Source: an uncultured Prevotella sp. (GTDB lineage: Bacteria > Bacteroidota > Bacteroidia > Bacteroidales > Bacteroidaceae). Taken from it: a DNA stretch of 24,000 nt. The translations under genes and the position numbers were made by a program. Of this stretch, positions 16,904 through 24,000 are shown piece after piece. The stretch lies in the NCBI GenBank assembly GCA_934281565.1, contig CAKQXI010000022.1, positions 1,145 to 25,144 of the forward strand, in the 5' to 3' direction. Numbering within the stretch: position 1 is the first letter of the stretch; each line of letters opens with the position of its first letter. The notes beneath the pieces were generated by a model. The model saw only the letters and a program-made list of their open reading frames with translations. It was not told where the DNA came from and searched no databases.

Positions 16904-16926
16904 AGAAACTTAAACCTTTTATCATT

Positions 16927-21298
<4,372 letters not shown>

Positions 21299-21303
21299 CA
21301 ATT

Positions 21304-21334
21304 AAAAGGGTTGCCACAATCTGGCAACCCTTTT
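21304..21334. terminator. Bidirectional rho-independent terminator between the convergent GH2 and ATPase genes
   Basis: A perfect 13-bp stem: aaaagggttgcca (21304-21316), loop caatc, then tggcaaccctttt (21322-21334). The A-tract and T-tract arms allow it to work in both directions. The right arm overlaps the ATPase stop codon. Confidence 0.8.
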
Positions 21335-22469
21335 AGTTTCTTTTCTTATCCAACCACAGTGCAAGCAAAGGGTCGGCTATGCTATATACCTTTTCATTTC
21401 TTGTCAATATGTCATCCTCCAAAAGTTTAAGGGCAGCCGACTGGGTAGCACTTGGCGATTTCAAACGATGTTTCTTGGTAAATGCTGCGGAAACAATACT
21501 TTTGACTTGTTGTTCCTCATGGATTGCATAAAGCACTTCTTTCTGGGGTTCGGAAATATAAGCGAGAAGCTCACGGATACGATAGTCGTTTTCCAGTACG
21601 AAGTTATCTATGATATTGTCAATGAGATCAATGTCGCAGGTCACGCCATTGGGAGTCATTGCATAAGAATCTTTCATGATGCGCTGGACATAAAGGGTTA
21701 CGCCACGAAATGTGTTGTATGCTTTCTCTATGGCTTCTGGCATGATGTCCTTACCCCCTTCTTGGAAATGCTTGATGGCAAACTCTTTGTAAATAGGTAG
21801 CTTGATAGCTTCCAATTGTATCAGTTTGGCACTTTGGAAAAAAGGACGGCGAGAGGAAAGGAACATTTCCTCAAGAATTGTACGCTGGCTTCCTGCAAAT
21901 ACAAAGTTGGCATTGCTAACTTTTTGGATATACGAGCGAAGTACAGCCTCTATATTCTTTTCGGGATATTTGGTGATTTGCTGAAATTCATCTATCACTA
22001 TCAAACATCGTTTGTCGGCTTGCTCTATAAAATCAAATATTTCCTTGATGGTATACTCTGGCATATTAATATCGCCCAATTTGACATCGAATGTTGGCAC
22101 GTTTTGTATTGGGTCATAGCTAAAACTTGCAGATAATGAGCGCAAAGTCGTAATGAACAAGCGGCGCATCTTGTCACTTCGGGATGCAATCTTTTCATAG
22201 ATAGCTGTACCGAGTGTATAAATGAACTCCTTGAAGCACGTGGTATGCAGAATATCAACACTGATGGTAAAATAGTCTTTTTGAATATCTTCCTTGTCAA
22301 ACACGAAATCCACCAAGGCGGTCTTGCCCATTCTTCGTGGTGAAGTTATCACCACGTTCATTTGGTTGAGCAAGGCTTGCTCCAATACTTGTGATTCCAC
22401 TACTCTGTCACAGAAATATGCTGCAGGAATTTTACCTGTAACGATGAAAGGATTGATATTTACCGTCAT
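21333..22469 (-). CDS. AAA+ ATPase of the Arch_ATPase (PF01637-like) type with a C-terminal DUF234/wHTH-like region; function unknown
   Basis: 378 aa. The N-terminus is FCDRVVESQVLEQAL. Walker A is SPRRMGKTAL and Walker B is CLIVIDEFQ. The C-terminal helical region resembles DUF234. It is monocistronic, with its own -7 box and terminator. Confidence 0.7.
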   Translation of the reverse strand: MTVNINPFIVTGKIPAAYFCDRVVESQVLEQALLNQMNVVITSPRRMGKTALVDFVFDKEDIQKDYFTISVDILHTTCFKEFIYTLGTAIYEKIASRSDKMRRLFITTLRSLSASFSYDPIQNVPTFDVKLGDINMPEYTIKEIFDFIEQADKRCLIVIDEFQQITKYPEKNIEAVLRSYIQKVSNANFVFAGSQRTILEEMFLSSRRPFFQSAKLIQLEAIKLPIYKEFAIKHFQEGGKDIMPEAIEKAYNTFRGVTLYVQRIMKDSYAMTPNGVTCDIDLIDNIIDNFVLENDYRIRELLAYISEPQKEVLYAIHEEQQVKSIVSAAFTKKHRLKSPSATQSAALKLLEDDILTRNEKVYSIADPLLALWLDKKRN

Positions 22470-22500
22470 ATACCTTAATATATTTATTGGTTAAGTGCTA

Positions 22501-22508
22501 CAAAGATA
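22501..22508 (-). promoter_or_regulatory. -7 promoter box (TATCTTTG on the minus strand) for the ATPase gene
   Basis: The plus-strand caaagata is TATCTTTG on the minus strand, 31 nt upstream of the ATG at 22469. Confidence 0.45.
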
Positions 22509-22601
22509 CGATATTTTATTCAAATTATCCAAAACAAATAATCTTTTTTCAATAATTTATGTTTTCCTTAGTCATCTAATCTTCATTTCTTCATACATGA
22601 T

Positions 22602-22808
22602 ACCTTGACAAAGTGCTTTCTTGTGGTCTAACGATAAATGTTATCAAGGTTTGTTAAAGTTCTTCGTATTGGTCTAACACAGTACTTGGTTATGGTCTCA
22701 TGAAGTGCTTCGTTAGGGTCTTATAAAGCACTGTGTTAAGGTCTCATAAAACACTGTGTTAGACCAATACGAAGTACTTTATAAAACCTATACGAAAGTA
22801 TGTATGGA
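22602..22808. repeat. Array of about 9 degenerate 23-bp units (about 7 direct, 2 inverted) forming a long imperfect palindrome
   Basis: GGTCT-initiated units start at 22625, 22648 (degenerate, ggttt), 22671, 22694, 22717 and 22740, an exact 23-bp phase. A weaker unit sits at 22602. Inverted units start at 22763 and 22786. Arms 22647-22683 and 22753-22789 are complementary at 34 of 37 positions. The perfect 22-bp core is cttcgtattggtctaacacagt (22662-22683) against 22753-22774, with a 69-bp spacer. Confidence 0.8.
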
Positions 22809-22924
22809 AGTAATAGAATTTAAATCTACCACTGGTTTAAGATAAAAAAGACTCCCAAGACAAGAATTTTATCATTTTTTAGAAAAAAAGGAGAAAAAAA
22901 CTTGCAACTATTGGATATTTTTCA

Positions 22925-22932
22925 TAGATTTG
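22925..22932 (+). promoter_or_regulatory. -7 promoter box (TAGATTTG) with an upstream TTG for the second SusC-like gene
   Basis: TAGATTTG matches TAnnTTTG. cTTG at 22901-22904 lies 20 nt upstream, which fits -33-like spacing. The ATG is at 22995. Confidence 0.5.
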
Positions 22933-22994
22933 CAATCGATACGATTATAGTTGAGACACTAAATCATTAAAATTAACTCTTCACCTAAATTAAT

Positions 22995-23126
22995 ATGAGT
23001 AGAAACTTAAAACCTAAAAACCAGATGAAGGCTGCAATGTTAGTATGTGCGCTGGCTTCGATGTCTCCTGCGTTTGCTTATGATGCTGTGGCTAAAGCCG
23101 ACAATTTTACCCCCCCCATTAAGTAG
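22995..23126 (+). other. Signal-peptide-encoding 5' segment of the second SusC-like gene, terminated just after a poly-C tract
   Basis: It reads MSRNLKPKNQMKAAMLVCALASMSPAFAYDAVAKADNFTPPIK*. The leader is canonical (AFA-YD cleavage type). The frame runs through C8 and hits TAG at 23124-23126. Confidence 0.7.
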
Positions 23127-24000
23127 CATTCAGCAGAAGAAAGTAGCAACAGGACGTGTGGTTGACAATCTCGGAGAACCGCTTATCGGCGTAACCGTGA
23201 TGGAAGCGGGTACGTCCAATGGTACAGTTACAGATGTGGATGGAAACTTCACATTGAGTTTGAACAAACCTAATGGAAAAATTACCGTTTCTTATATAGG
23301 CTATAATCCTCAAACACTTGCAGCTGCTGGCAACATGAAGATTACCATGAAGCCAGAGGATCGAGAGCTGAACGAGATTGTAGTCGTTGGTTATGGTACA
23401 CAGAAGAAAGTAAACCTTACGGGTTCCGTATCTTCCGTGGATAGTAAGGTCTTGGAAAGTCGTCCTATCCAGAATTTACAAAGTGGACTTCAAGGCTTGA
23501 TGCCCGGTGTAACTATTAGTGGAACAAACGGTGCCCCTGGTATGGATGCAGGTAGCATCAATGTGCGTGGCGTTGGAACGCTCAACACTTCTTCCCCTTA
23601 TATCCTTATTGACGGAGTTGAGTCTGGCACGATGAGCAGTCTTGACCCTAATGACATTGAAAGCATCTCAGTATTGAAAGATGCTGCCTCTGCCGCTATC
23701 TATGGTTCCAAGGCAGCCAACGGTGTAATCCTTATCACGACAAAGCGTGGTAAGAGTGGCAAGCCTCAAGTTTCTTACAATGGATACTTCAGTGTACAGA
23801 ACCCAACCAATATGATAGATCGTTTGGATTCTTATGAGTATGCCCATATGCTCAATGATGCACTTCAGAGCGAGGGAAAGGCTAAGAAATTTGCGACAGA
23901 GGAAGAAATCAATGCGCTTCCTAATACAGATTGGTATGACTTAGCTTATAAGACTGGTTCTTTGCAGCATCATAATATCAGCGTGAACGGTGCCAATGAG
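23080..24000 (+). CDS. SusC/RagA-family TonB-dependent transporter no.2, 3'-truncated by the window end and out of frame with its signal peptide
   Basis: This frame is open from 23044 to the window end, which is why it is missing from the ORF track (no stop codon). It reads ...PPPLSSIQQKKVATGRVVDNLGEPLIGVTVMEAGTSNGTVTDVDGNFTL...EIVVVGYGTQKK...DAASAAIYGSKAANGVILITTKRG. That is a carboxypeptidase-regulatory-like domain followed by a plug. The first ATG in this frame is at 23080. Confidence 0.85.
   Translation, partial: MMLWLKPTILPPPLSSIQQKKVATGRVVDNLGEPLIGVTVMEAGTSNGTVTDVDGNFTLSLNKPNGKITVSYIGYNPQTLAAAGNMKITMKPEDRELNEIVVVGYGTQKKVNLTGSVSSVDSKVLESRPIQNLQSGLQGLMPGVTISGTNGAPGMDAGSINVRGVGTLNTSSPYILIDGVESGTMSSLDPNDIESISVLKDAASAAIYGSKAANGVILITTKRGKSGKPQVSYNGYFSVQNPTNMIDRLDSYEYAHMLNDALQSEGKAKKFATEEEINALPNTDWYDLAYKTGSLQHHNISVNGANE
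23110..23117 (+). repeat. Homopolymeric C8 tract inside the 5' coding region of the second SusC-like gene
   Basis: Eight consecutive C residues, counted directly. The leader frame and the mature-protein frame differ by +1 across this tract. Confidence 0.95.

Noticed and set aside
22647-22789. An invertible promoter (fin-like switch) flanked by the 37-nt inverted repeats, controlling SusC no.2
   Set aside because: The segment between the arms is only 69 bp and contains no TAnnTTTG box on either strand. No invertase gene is visible in the window, and a separate fixed promoter box exists at 22925-22932.
22602-22808. A CRISPR array interpretation of the 23-bp periodic repeats
   Set aside because: The units are contiguous with no unique spacers, they are degenerate, they change orientation within the array, and no cas genes are nearby.
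23119-23313. A 64-aa minus-strand ORF overlapping the start of SusC no.2
   Set aside because: It is antisense to the clearly conserved carboxypeptidase-regulatory-like domain of the SusC-like gene, and it has no independent signals.

Overview
This window looks like a Bacteroidales (Bacteroides/Prevotella-type) sialic-acid utilisation locus. The taxon call rests on SusC/SusD pairs, TAnnTTTG -7 promoter boxes and gene content, and cannot be confirmed without a search. A 437-bp, very A/T-rich control region (15261-15697) separates two divergent operons. The minus-strand operon is susC-like, susD-like, a two-domain sialate O-acetylesterase, an MFS NanT-like permease, nanA, an AGE-type epimerase, a creatininase-family hydrolase and a NanM-type mutarotase. 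The plus-strand operon is a ROK/NanR-type regulator, a YhcH/NanQ-family protein and a 1303-aa GH2 beta-galactosidase with a C-terminal discoidin domain. The flanks hold a 5'-truncated DUF1566-like surface protein, an acyltransferase-3 membrane protein, an orphan Arch_ATPase-type AAA+ protein and the start of a second SusC-like gene that runs off the window. Four things deserve a second look. (1) All three reading-frame lesions hit transport genes. NanT is split by a 1-nt shift, SusC no.1 has its signal peptide in another frame, and SusC no.2 has its signal peptide separated from the mature protein by an out-of-frame C8 tract. Every enzyme gene is intact. (2) A creatininase-fold amidohydrolase with its metal-ligand motifs intact sits in the nan operon and overlaps nanM by 14 nt. 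(3) A roughly 205-bp array of degenerate 23-bp units forms a 34/37 inverted repeat in the region between the ATPase and SusC no.2. (4) A perfect 13-bp hairpin plus an internal promoter lie between susD and the esterase. No sialidase, ManNAc/GlcNAc kinase, tRNA, rRNA, CRISPR array or recognisable transposase is visible in the window.
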